A DNA stretch of 64,000 nt. Origin: Hypanus sabinus. Taxonomy: Eukaryota. Location of the stretch: assembly GCF_030144855.1 (NCBI RefSeq), contig NC_082714.1:45260001-45324000 (forward strand). Direction: 5' to 3'. Each line of letters opens with the position of its first letter. Positions within the stretch are counted from its first letter, which is position 1. A program made the position numbers and the translations under genes. The notes under the pieces are model-generated. The model had not been told where the DNA came from. It saw only the letters and a program-made list of their open reading frames with translations, and made no database searches. Of this stretch, positions 23,552-34,900 are shown one piece after another.

Positions 23552-24850
23552 TTCACACGAGGAAATCTGCAGATGCTGGAAATTCAAACAACACACACAA
23601 AATGCTGGTGGAACACAGCAGGCTAGGCAGCATCTATAGGAAGAAGCACTGTCGATGTTTTGGGCCAAGACCCTTCGTCAGGACTAACCAAAAGGAAAGA
23701 TAGTTAGAGATTTGAAAGTAGTGGGTGGAGGGGGAAATGCAAAATGATTGGAGAAGACCAGAAGGGGTGGGATGAAGCTAAGAGCTGGAAAGGTGATTGG
23801 CGAAAGTGATACTGAGCTGGAGAAGGGAAAGGATCATGGGACGGGAGGCCTCAGGAGAAAGAAAGCGGGGGGGAAGCACCAGAGGGAGATGGCAAACAAC
23901 TAAATATGTCAGGGATGGGGTAAGAAGGGGAGGATGGGGCATTAACGGAAGTTAGAGAAGTCAATGTTCATGCCATCAGGTTGGAGGCTACCCAGCCGGT
24001 ATATAAAATGTTGTTCCTCCAACCTGAGTTTGGATTCATTTTGACAGTAGAGGAGGCCATGGACAGACATATCAGAATGGGAATGGGACGTGGAATTAAA
24101 ATGTGTGGCCACTGGGAGATCCTGCTTTTTCTGGTGGACCGAGCGTAGGTGTTCAGTGAAACAGTCTCCCAGTCTGTGTCAGGTCTCACCAATATATAAA
24201 AGGCCACACCGGGAGCACCGGACGCAGAATACCACACCAGCTGACTCACAGGTGAAGTGTCGCCTCACCCGGAAGGACTGTCTGGGGCCCTGAATGGTGG
24301 TGAGGGAGGAAGTGTAAGGGCAGGTGTAGCACTTGTTCTGCTTGCAAGGATAAGTGCCAGGAGGGAGATTGGTGGGAAGGGATGGGGGGGATGAGTGGAC
24401 AAGGGAGTCGCGTAGGGAGCGATCCCTGCGAAAAGCAGAAAGTGGGGGGAGGGAAAGATGTGCTTGGTGGTGGGATCCCATTGGAGGTGGCAGAAGTTAC
24501 GGAGAATTATATGTTGGATCCGGAGGCTGGTGGGGTGGTAGGTGAGGACAAGTGGGACCCTATCCTGAGTGGGGTGGCGGGTGGATGGGATGAGGGCAGA
24601 TGTACAGGAAATGGGAGAGATGCGTTTAAGAGCAGAGTTGGTGGTGGACGAAGGGAAGCTCTTTTGTTTAAAAAAGGAAGATATCTCCTTCATCCTGGAA
24701 TGAAAAGCCTCATCCTGAGAGCAGATGCAGCGGAGATGGAGGAATTGTGAGAAGGGGGTAGCATTTTTGCAAGAGACAGGGTGGGAAGAGGAATAGTCCA
24801 GGTAACTGTGAGAGTCTGAAGGCTTATAGTAGATACAGATAGAAAGTTCA
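23552..24850 (-). mobile_element. Penelope-like element, 5'-truncated (RT thumb, GIY-YIG endonuclease, terminal repeat)
   Basis: IYYKPSDSHSYLDYSSSHP...PFSQFL.LR.ICS and RVPLVLTYHP (ORF 24265-24996); GTYPC...C.TC and FTCES.GVVFCVRCSRCGLLYIGET (ORF 24179-24481); hammerhead-like motif at 23649-23686. Confidence 0.92.
23649..23686 (-). ncRNA. Minimal type I hammerhead ribozyme motif, mutated
   Basis: UAGUC-CUGACGA-A-GGGU-CUUG-GCCC-AAAA-CAUC-GACAG. GAAA and CGUC are changed at CpG sites, so predicted inactive. Confidence 0.65.
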
Positions 24851-25600
24851 TTGTCTTTAGAAGGAAGAAATCCACAAGGGAGCAATAGATCCCTGTGTAA
24901 TGTTTGTAAGAACCCAAAGTGGTTCTCAGGATGTACCTTGAAGACAGGCAGATCACCAGCTTGGCTCGCCACTATGCAAAGACTATTTCTTCCCATTTAT
25001 CAGCAAGTTTGTTTTTTCCTCGTAGGCGTGTATTCCTTACTAAGTCTCCTTGCTTCAACTCGGGATGATATGGTGTAGCTCTGACATTTTGAATTCCAGT
25101 TATCTCACACAATTCTTTAGTCAAGTGGGATTCAAAGTTAGGCCCTCTATTGTTGTGTAGGCGCTCGAGATAACTAAAATGCAAGATAAAATGCTCCCAC
25201 AAGCACTTCATAACTGTCTTGGCATTTTGGTTGGGTGTGGGAATAGCCAAAGCATATTCAGTAATAACTAACACATAGTTTGTGTTACTTTGATCGGGCT
25301 CTGATGTAAGAAAGTCCATGCAGATCAACTGCAAGGGTCGAGTAGTCACAATATTTACTGACGGAGCAGCTTTCTTAGTCAAGGTCTTTCTTCTTAAGCA
25401 TTGACCACATACTTTAGTCTTGTGTTCCACATCAGCAGCCATCTTAGGCCAATAGAGCTGGCTTCTGAGTCAATCCAGGGTACGATCAATACCCATGTGA
25501 CCAAAGTCATTGTGAAGACTCTTAAGTACATCAGATTGAAACTTGTTAGGTAAAAACAGCTGGTATGTTGTTTCATCTCTGGTTAATCTTTTTCTCTCTT
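24851..25600 (-). mobile_element. Gypsy (Ty3) pol remnant: integrase zinc-binding and catalytic core
   Basis: LH.DFGHMGIDRTL, CGQC, RPLQLICMDFLT, LHNNRGPNFES, ATPYHP, KLADKWE in ORFs 25470-25667 and 24972-25442; frameshifted and internally deleted. Confidence 0.88.
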
Positions 25601-25607
25601 TTAGCTC

Positions 25608-25992
25608 TGTCACAACCACGCATTTGGCAGCGCAGTAGATACGGCAATTGTGCTTGTGAATATGCACGAGTCAGCAAATTATTATTTTATTGTGATAGTA
25701 TTTAACTCCATTCATTCCATCATAGTGTTTGTTGAGACTTGGACACAGAAACATTTCGCTGCCTGTTTGTATTCTGCCTTGCCTGAGAAACTGGACTGTC
25801 AAGTCAACTGACTGAAGGCTAGCGGTATTCATTTTATTCTTAGTTGTTCTTTTCAGCCGCAGTGTAGGCTTCGTTTTCCATTTGAGAGTTTTAGTTAATG
25901 GCCCTGTTTGGCCTAGCATTTATTGTTTTCTTTTCCCTTTAACATTGTTTGCATTAACGTCTGTGAACTATCAACCTGCTTCCACACTCACA
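25608..25992 (+). mobile_element. Possible LTR remnant
   Basis: Begins TGTCACAACC at the edge of the Gypsy fragment and has LTR-like T-rich composition; no TSD found. Confidence 0.35.
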
Positions 25993-25994
25993 CA

Positions 25995-26175
25995 GTGAAG
26001 AAGTTTTTCCTCATGTTCCCCTTACATGTTTCATCTTTCACCCTTAACCAATGACTTCTGGTTGTAGTCCCCCTCAGATCTCAGCGAAAAAAGCCTGCAT
26101 GAACTTATCCTTTCTATACCCCTCCTAATTTTGTATACCTCTATCAAATCTACTCTCAATCTTCTCTGTTCCAGA
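25995..26175 (-). mobile_element. CR1 fragment
   Basis: Antisense of the GDLIEVYKIR.G region ('ttttgtatacctctatcaaatct'). Confidence 0.7.
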
Positions 26176-26399
26176 GAACGGACAGTAAGAAGGACTGATC
26201 ACACAAATGGCAACCTGAAGTGGTGGATAAGAAAGGATACCTCTGAGGCGATAGCTGGCTAGCTTAGGAACAAAGTCCAAGACATCTACTTGAATGACCT
26301 AACAGATGAATGATAATCCACTCCCATCCAGGATAAATACACATAACCAGGTCGATTACTCCTGTGAGTATAACACTCAGTACTCGTATGCTGTGCATT

Positions 26400-27700
26400 C
26401 AGCAACACACTCTGGTGCTGGAGGAACTCAGTGGATCAGGCAGCATCCAGCGAGGAAAATGGTCAGTTGACATTTTTGATTGGGACCTTTCATCTGGACT
26501 GGAAATAAAGATGGGGAGATGGCCAGTATAAAAAACAGTGGGAGGGGGGAAGGGGTGGAACAGTGAGGCGGTGAGGGCGGAGTGATCTAGGGAGGGAAGG
26601 GAGTAGAAATAAATTGCGACAATGAGAGATGATGGGTAGAAGTAACAAAAGATGGAAGAAAATGCAATCTGATAGGGGATGACAGTGGACCGTGGAATAA
26701 AGTGAAGGAGCTGAGGAGGGGAACAGGGAGAGGAATGCTTGTGTTATGGGTAGGTAAAGAGGGCAGGAGATGTGGTGATGGGGACTAGAGGGATAAAGGA
26801 AGGAAGAAGGGACAGAAGGGAGTGTTGATTAGAAATTAGAGAAATAGATTTGATGCCATCAGGTTGGAGACTACGAAGTAGAACAGGAAATGATGCTGCT
26901 CTAAACTATGGCTAGCCTCAACATGTTGGTGTGGGAATGCAAAGTGAAACTGATATAAATGGCTTTCAGGACAAAATAGATGGTGTGGTGGACAGACTGA
27001 AGATGTTGAACGAAGCAATCCCCCAATCTGCATCGGATCTCACTGATGTAGAGGGGGCCACACAGGAGTACACAGTGCAATAAACAACACTGATGGATTC
27101 ACGTGCAAAGAATTGCCTCACCTGGAAGGGCTGTTTGAGGCACTGAAAGGTGGTGTAGGGTGAGTTGTATAGGTGCGTGGCCAAGTGGTTAAGGCGTTCG
27201 ACTAGTGATCTGAAGGTCGCTAGTTCGAGCCTTGGCTGAGGCTGCGTGTGTGTCCTTGAGCAAGGCACTTAATCACACATTGCTCTGCGACGACTCGGTG
27301 CCAAGCTGTATGGGTCCTAATGCCCTTCCCTTGGACAACATCGGTGGTGTGGAGAGGGGAGACTTGCAGCTTGCGCAACTGCCGGTCTTCCATTAAAAAA
27401 AACCTTGCCCAGGCTTGCGCCCTGGAAACTTTCCAAGGCGCAAATCCTTGTGTTACAATGAGGTGTAACACATTGTGCGGTTGAAGGCATAAGTGCTTGT
27501 TGGGGGTTGATGGGGAGGGGCAAGTGTAAAAGGGGGTCACGGAGAGAGTGATCCTCTGCAGAAAGCAAAGAGAGGGAAGAGGAGAGGGTGTGCCTGTTGT
27601 TGGGATTCTATTGGAGATGGCAGAAGTTGTGAAGAATTATTCAGTACATTGGAGGTTCTTGGGTTGTTAAATGAGACAAGAGGAACTCTATTCTCTTCTT
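26400..27700 (-). mobile_element. Degenerate Penelope-like element interrupted by a SINE
   Basis: Colinear with 23552-24560: terminal repeat at 26400, decayed hammerhead at about 26465-26500, GIY-YIG region 26830-27170, resuming at about 27450. Confidence 0.8.
27172..27448 (+). mobile_element. tRNA-derived SINE, relatively young
   Basis: A box TGGCCAAGTGG (27178-27188), B box GTTCGAGCC (27223-27231), body 'gtgtccttgagcaaggcacttaa'; CpGs retained; no intact acceptor stem. Confidence 0.85.
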
Positions 27701-27831
27701 CACTGTGCTCTCATAATTTCTTCAGTCTGCTGAAGAAATTATATTTTTGGAAATATTATACGATATTAGTTTGAGTAAGGAATGTATTTCAGTAAGTATG
27801 ATATCGTGTACATGTGGCATTCATCACTTAC

Positions 27832-27896
27832 CTCTGGACTGTACTCTAAGTACTGAGGGCATGCTGTAATCCGTCAGCCAGCAGGTGGCATGAAGT
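27832..27896 (-). other. Candidate 65-nt host-gene exon (gene not identified)
   Basis: Minus strand gtttgttcttctAG|ACTTCATGCC...GTCCAGAG|GTAAGT: perfect donor and plausible acceptor. One open frame, LHATCWLTDYSMPSVLRVQSR. A second strong acceptor (ttcaccttttcatcttttAG) would start an exon at 28204. Confidence 0.4.
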
Positions 27897-28399
27897 CTAG
27901 AAGAACAAACATTTTCAACGAACCATAGGTCTGTGGCCATAAATCTCATTAAAACCTTCACTGGAGTGTAAAATAGTGGTAGCAGTATGATGATTAAAGG
28001 GGAATAGCAAGTATAAACTTGAACAAGCACGATTTTAAACAAAACCATCTGTGTCTTCAAACTGCGTCTTTTGCCTAAGCCTCTCTGGCAAAACAATTCT
28101 CAACGGAGCAGGCGTGAAAGATCTGTGTGAGCATGCTGTATTCTGTTTTACCACTACACGAGAAAAGCCTTTGACTCTGCCCATCAGATCAATATCTTGT
28201 ATGCTAAAAGATGAAAAGGTGAACACTAAATCTCCCAATCTACCTTATGGTGGCCCTTGCAACTTTATTTGTCTACCTGCACTCTCTTTCTCTATATCTG
28301 TAAGACTTTTATATTCTGCTTTCAAGTTTCCTTTTTACTGCTTTGATATAGAATGATTTGCATGTATCGCACACAAACAAAAGCTCTATATTGGTTTAT

Positions 28400-28765
28400 A
28401 AGACTATAAGGCCATAAGATATAGGTGCAGAATTAGACCATTTGGCTTATTGCATCTGCTCAGCCATTTCATCATAGCTGATCCATATTCCCTCTCAGCC
28501 CCAATTCCCTGCCTTCTTCCTGTATCCTCCCGTGCCCTAGCTAACTAAGAATTTGTGAACCTCTGACTTAAATATACCCAATGACTGGCCTTCACAGACA
28601 CATGTGACAATGAGTTCCACAGATTCACAACTCTCTGGCTAAAGAAATTCCTCCTCATCTCAGTTCTAAAAGGATGCCCCTCTATTCTGAGTCTGTGTCC
28701 TCTGGTCTTAGACTCCCCCACCATAGGAAACATCCTCTCCACATGCACTCTATCGAGGGCTTTCG
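28400..28765 (-). mobile_element. CR1 3' fragment
   Basis: ORF 28545-28748 VERMFPMVGESKTRGH.LRI.G..F.TEMRRNFFSQRVVNLWNSL. Confidence 0.88.
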
Positions 28766-30291
28766 ACTGTGTTATGAAGTGTTAATAATAAATTAATACA
28801 GGAAGTGGAGTAACTGCAACAGGGTCTAAACGTGGATTCCTGTGTAATCAAATAACACATAAGCTATACAGGTAAATTAAAGCACATTTCCCCATGACCC
28901 TTTCCTGATTCAAACAAGTTTTATTGGGCTGAGTGATGTGTTATTCAGAACAAAGTGAGGAGGTGAGTTGTCGGAGGAGGGGAGTAGTGAAGCAGTGAGT
29001 GGTGGGAAGGGAGGGAAGAGGTAAGCGCTTGTGAGCTGAGAAACAGATGTTATGGTGTGAGCTGTTTTGAGTGCACGCAGGATGATGGGGTGGAGGGTTG
29101 AGTATGCTTGGCTACAGTAGTGGTGGTAATTGTTGAAATGTTGCTGAGAATCTTTCTCAGCTGAACAGTCATTCAATGATGTACGTAGTCCTTGTGAAAA
29201 CCACTCTTGAAAAACTGTGCCAGATTCGATGGAAGTCAAACCTCAGGCCTGTCTTCTAACGCTCACACGGACAACAAATAAACTTGTTGATACTTTTGCA
29301 TGCATCCAAGTTTTCCGAACAAGAATTAGTTTTTCCTTTCCTTTTACCAGTTATAATGGTTTTCTGAGAATAGGTTTTGTCAGAAATGGGAATGAAAAAT
29401 GAGACATTCAGGACCTTATGTTCTTACTGCATTATGCTACCAACATCAAAGATCCACAGTTGTAAGAGAACATACAGTTCTATCCAACGCTGATTCAAGC
29501 TTCAAATGACTTTTCTTTGGCTTTGCTGCCATCTTATTGACATTTAGATCAAACAAGATTATCGCTTTTTTTTGTCAGCTATAAATAGGTTTCAGATAGA
29601 ATTAGTTATTTATATTTCACTGACAATTGAAAACAATTTCTCTCACAGCTCACTTTTACCAATGAACAGCTAATGGGTTAAAAGAGGGGTCTGGTTTGCT
29701 GGGTTTGCTGTTAGAGTCAAGGATCAACCATTTCTGACATCCATGATAATTCTTTACCGAACCAGCCTCTCTGATAACAAGTCCATCCAGTAGAAGTAGG
29801 AATCCCTGACACATTTTGTTGGAATATAACTTACAGACACTCAGTTGGCAACCTAATTCATTTCAGCCAAATAGAAATGTTATCATGGTTGAACTGGGAA
29901 ATAACTTTTCTATTTTCTGCTAAGGGGATGGGAAGCAATTGAATTTTGGCACACTCCTGGCAAACTATTCCATAACTCTCTAAATATTGTTTCTGCTGTG
30001 CAAACACCACAAACAAATGCTTTTATTAACAGTTGCTTACAGAAATGTTAACTTCCCTAACACAAAATTCAAAAACGCAAGATTGTCAAAAGCATTATTA
30101 CCATCCCAATGAAGTTTATTCGTCCCAGGTGGATGCATACCTTAAGGGTTTGTAAATCCCCAGAAATGTCATGCACCCATAAGTTCACCAAGCTCTGTGC
30201 TGACAACGGGACGGGGTGAGTAGGGTTTGTGACTTGTGGATGATATTCAGAAGATGGATTGCAAACATTGAATATAAAGAATTTTCCTCTG

Positions 30292-30965
30292 TGTCATGGT
30301 CCGGATCGGTTCCCTTTTAAATTTAGTTAAGTTACGTTATGATCCGGACCATTGACTCCTTGTTTCCTTCTACTTCTGTTTCACGTGTCCCTTGAGCTTG
30401 GCCATTAAGGTAATCTACTCTCGACCTGAACCGGCAGCTTATAAACCCCTGGCTTTAGCAGTTCGGGGCGAGAGTGTTAGGAAGCATTAGCAAGTCGCCA
30501 TCGCTACCGCAAGCCAGAGTTATCTAGCCCACATCGGAGTGCCAGCAATTCGTCTTCCTTCGCCAGAGTGGGTCTGGGCAAGGTCAAACTGCCAGGGGTG
30601 AGTTGAAGGCGGAGTCCTGACTCAATGTTCATGCCCCTTGTCCGTGTCTGTCCCTCGAAGAAGAGTCCCGGCTCGGTGCCTGAGTTGAAGGGGGAGTCCT
30701 GGCTCGACGTTTCTGTCCTGTGTTTGAGTGTCCACGTTCTGGCTGCAGCGATCCATGGCATCCACGTTCTGGCTGCGGCGAATCAAGGTCCTAGTTTCCA
30801 AGGATTGCGGCGATACAAGTTCCCAGTCTCCAGGTCCAAGGTCCGTGGCGATCCATGTTCCCAGTCTCCAGGTCCAAGGTCCGCGGCGATCCATGTTCCC
30901 AGTCACCAGGTCCAAGGGCCATGGCGATCCAAGTTCCATTGTCCAGGTCCAAGGACCTTGTAACA
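30292..30965 (+). mobile_element. Solo LTR-like element (674 bp), 5-bp TSD
   Basis: TGTCA...TAACA termini, TSD CTCTG (30287-30291, 30966-30970), TATAAA near 30440. Confidence 0.82.
30819..30958 (+). repeat. 38-bp tandem repeat, about 3.6 copies, inside the LTR
   Basis: Unit GTTCCCAGTCTCCAGGTCCAAGGTCCGTGGCGATCCAT starting at 30819, 30857, 30895 and 30933. Confidence 0.9.
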
Positions 30966-32039
30966 CTCTGCCTTTTGACTAAAACCACATTGGCAATGAT
31001 CTTAACTTTCATTTCTAGGGTGGTAAATTGACAGGCCAAATTCTCCACCTCTTTTGGAACTCATCAAATTTCCAATGGAAAAAATGTGGGACTGGTGGTG
31101 TAGTGAATGTTGATCCGCCCTGTTAGTTCCTTTAAATTAATGAGTAGAGAACAGATAAACATACTAACATAGGAATATCGAATTAGGTGGGTGAGTAGCA
31201 ACTTGCCCACTTAATCTTGTTCCAGCATTAAATAACATCATGGTTGATCTGATTGTAACTTCAGATATTAACCCCATCAAAGAATAGTATCATCAAAACA
31301 TGATAGAACTCTTCGGGCTATCCACACCAGAGGCTAAAGTCCAAGGCAAATTGAACATTAATGTTATAAAATAAATTGGTTTATTGACAGTTGCAAATAG
31401 AATTTATAATTGTGTTTTGTTGCATTTTACAATACACAGTGATAAAACTGCACTGGATCATCTTGGTAGATACTAGACGGCTTACCATGTTAAAATAAAA
31501 GCCAATTGTCCTGGAAATTTAGTATTTGTAGTTTTTAAACTGTAGCCACTTGTAAACCACTGTCAACTAAAATAATTCCTTTATCTAATGTGCACCAGTC
31601 TCTTTAATTGTTGAATAAATTGGTCAACAGGAAGACTCCTTTCCAAACAACTCTTGAAAGCTCCTGAGAAAAGGAAGTATTTTCCATGACTGAGATTAAT
31701 TAGTCAAGTCTTTACTGGGATAGATTAATTGCTTTATTTGTTAGAGAAGAATTTCATCAAATTCTTGGCCATGGTTCAAAGCATCAGGCAATGTTACTTT
31801 GTTGGTAGGAAGTAATTATTAAGTTTGTTGGACATATCCTGCCTGAAGTTTTGTATATTCCTCTTTTGCAAAGTCATGCATATGACATATATTAAACTTC
31901 TACTGTTCACATTACCTCTGCCTGCCACCTCTCTTCCCCTTTTAAACTGATGCCTGTTATTTACTCATATGATACAACAATTTCATGCACTTAATAGTTT
32001 CCATTTGTACAAACTTTCTTCAAATTGTTGAGGTGTGGT

Positions 32040-34700
32040 GACAGGTGAGGTGCCGGACGATTGGACGATAGCTAATGTTGTTCTGCTGTTTAAGAAAAGC
32101 TCAAAAAATAAAACAGGAAATTATTGGCTGTGAACCTAACATCAGTTCTGGGAAAGTTATTGGAAGGTATTCTAAGAAACAGAGAAACATAGAAAACCTA
32201 CAGCGCAATACAGGCCCTTCGGCCCACAAAGTTGTGCCGAACATGTTCCTACCTTAGAAATTACTAGGCTTGCCTATAGCCCACTATTTTACTGAGATCC
32301 ATGTACCTATCTAAAAGTCTCTTAAAAGACCCTATCATATCTGCCTCCACCACCGTTGCCGGCAGCCCCTTCCATGCACTCACCACTCTCTGAAACCCCT
32401 GACATCTCCTCTGTACCTACGCCCCAGCACCTTAAACCTGTGTCCTCTTGTGGCAACCATTTCAGCCCTGGGAAACAGCCTCTGACTATCCACACGATCA
32501 ATGCCTCACATCATCTTATACACCTCTATCAGGTCACCTCTCATCCTCTGTCACTCCAAGGAGAAAAGGCCAAGTTCACTCAACCTATCCTCATAAGGCA
32601 TGCTCCCCAATCCAAGTAACATCCTTGTAAATCTCCTCTGCACCCTTTCTATGGCTTCCACACCCTTCCTGTAGTGAGGTGACCAAAACTGAGCACAGTA
32701 CTCCAAGTGGGGTCTAACCAGGGTCCTGTATAGCTGCAACATTACTTCTCTGTTCCTAAATTCAATTCCACGCTTGATGAAAACCAATACACCATACATC
32801 TTCTTAATGATAGAGTCAACCTGCGCAGATGCTTTGAGCGTTCTATGGACTCGGACCCCAAGAACTCTCTGATCCTCCACACTGCCAAGAGTTTTACTAT
32901 TAATACTATATTCTGCCATCATATTTGACCTACCAAAATGAACCACTTCACACTTATGTGGGTTGAACTCTATCTGCCACTTCTCAGCCCAGTTTTGCAT
33001 CTTATCAATGTCCCACTGTAACCTCTGACAGCCCTCTACACTATCCACAACACCTCTAACCTTTGTGTCATCAGCAAACTTACTAACCCATCTTTCCACT
33101 TCCTCATCCAGGTCATTCATAAAAATCACGAAGAGTAAGGGCCCCAGAACAGATCCCCGAGGCACACCACTGGTCACCGACCTCCATCCAGAATATGACC
33201 TGTCTACAACCACTCTTTGCCTTCCGTGGGAAAGCCAGTTCTGGATTCACAATGCAATGTCCCCTTGGACCCCGTGCCTCTTTACTTTCTCAATAAGCCT
33301 TGCATGGGGTGCCTTATCAAATGCCTTGCTGAAATCCGTATACATTACGTCTACTGCTCTTCCTTCATCAATGTGTTTATGGACCAGCTAGATGAGTATT
33401 TGGATATTAGGGATTGTCAATATGGTGTTGTGTGTGGTAGGTCATGTCTAACCAACCTTATAGAGTTTTGTTTGGAAGTTACCTGGAATGCTGATGAAGG
33501 CAAGGCAGTGGATGTTGTCCACATGGGCTTTAGCAAGGCCTTTGACAAGGTCCAGCTTGGGAGTCTGGTCAAGAAGGTTCAGTCACTTGGCATTCAGGAT
33601 GAGGTAGCCAATTGGCTTAGCTATTGGCTCTGTGGGAGAATCTAGAAGGTGGTAGACGCTCTGACTGGTGGCCTGTTACTAGTGGTGTGCCGCAGGGATC
33701 TGTGCTGGGCCCTTTATTGTTTGTCATCTATATCAATGATCTGGATGATAATGTGGTTAACTGGATCAGCGCATTTGCAGATGACACCAAGTTTGGGGAC
33801 GTAGTGGACAGTGGGGAATTCTTTTATGGCTTGCAGAGAGATCTGCATCAGCTGGAAAAATGGGCTGAAAAATGGCAGATGGAATTTAACATGAACAAGT
33901 ATGAGGTTTTCCACTTCAGCAGGACCAACCAGGATAGGTCTCACCCAATGAACAGTAGGGCATTGAGGAGTACGGTACAACAAAGGGATCTGGGAATACA
34001 GGTCCATACTTTGTTGAAAGTGATGTCACAGGCCGAGTCGTAAAGAAAGCTTTTGGCACATTGGCCTTCATAAATCAAAGTACTGAGTACAGGAGATGGG
34101 ATGTTATGTTGAAGTTGTATAAAACAATGGTGATAAGGTCTAATTTGGAGTATAGTGCAGTTTTGGTCACCTACCTACGGGAATGATGTAAACAAGATTG
34201 AAAGAGTACAGACAAAATTTACAAGGATGATACTGTGACTGGAGGCCCCAAGTTATAAGAAAATATTCAATAGGTTAAGACTTTATTCTTTGGAATGTAG
34301 AAGGTTGAGGGGAGATTTGATAGAGGTATATAAAATTATGAGGGGTATAGATAGGGTAAAGGCAAGCAGGGTCTTTCCACAGAGGTTGGGTGGGACAACA
34401 ACTAGAGGTCGTGGGTAAGGGTGAAAGGTGAAAAGTTTAATGGGAATATGAAGAAGAACTTCTTCACTCAGAGGGTTGTGAGTGTGTGGAACAAACTACT
34501 AATGCATACATGCAAGTGATGCACATGAGCTTGATTACAACATTTAAGAGAAGTTTGGATGGGTACATGGATGGTACAGGTATGGAGGACTCTGGTCTGG
34601 CTGCAGGTTGAATGGGCTAGAGAGTTTAAATGGTTTGGCACAGACTAGATGAGCCAAATGGCCTGTTTCTATGCTGTACTGTTCTATGATTTTATGACTC
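32040..34700 (+). mobile_element. CR1 RT-to-3' fragment, host of an antisense CR1 insertion
   Basis: VPDDW.IANVV.LFKK at 32045-32100; resumes at 33381 with [21 protein letters not shown] and FADDTK; tail 'ctatgattttatgactcta'. Confidence 0.9.
32177..33380 (-). mobile_element. 5'-truncated CR1 inserted antisense into another CR1
   Basis: ORF 32551-33213 (GVPRGSVLGP, KFADDTK, RPHLEYCAQFWSP); tail 'aaacagagaaacatagaaa'. Host 'attctaag|ggacc' rejoins on removal. Confidence 0.9.
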
Positions 34701-34900
34701 TAAATTCTCACATCTTTCAACAGAAACAAGGAACAATGTTTCTTTCTTAAGTTCCTTAGTCCACACTGAATTTGGCTCCACCATAGGTACAACTTGTGAA
34801 CAGAAATTGCATTGAAGAGCCTCAGATTAAAATCTGCTGGCTGTTAGGTTAAGCTCTTTATCTTCAAACACTTTGAGGGATTGAAGGGTAGGGTTTATTA

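Noticed and set aside
24265-24996. 243-aa novel protein
   Set aside because: Chance fusion of Gypsy and Penelope remnants that shifts out of the Penelope frame near its end.
27172-27245. tRNA gene
   Set aside because: A and B boxes are present, but there is no paired acceptor stem and it runs into a SINE body; it is a SINE head.
27832-27896. Selenoprotein exon (frame FMPPAG-TGA-RITACPQYLEYSPE)
   Set aside because: No resemblance to a selenoprotein family I know and no SECIS evidence; another frame is open.
30504-31048. Five stacked ORFs with repetitive peptides, or a CRISPR-like array
   Set aside because: They are produced by a spacerless 38-bp tandem repeat inside an LTR; there are no unique spacers or cas genes, and the context is eukaryotic.
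32177-34700. Single CR1 with twin-priming inversion
   Set aside because: Both arms cover the same RT-to-3' region, have different tails, and the host sequence rejoins around the insert.
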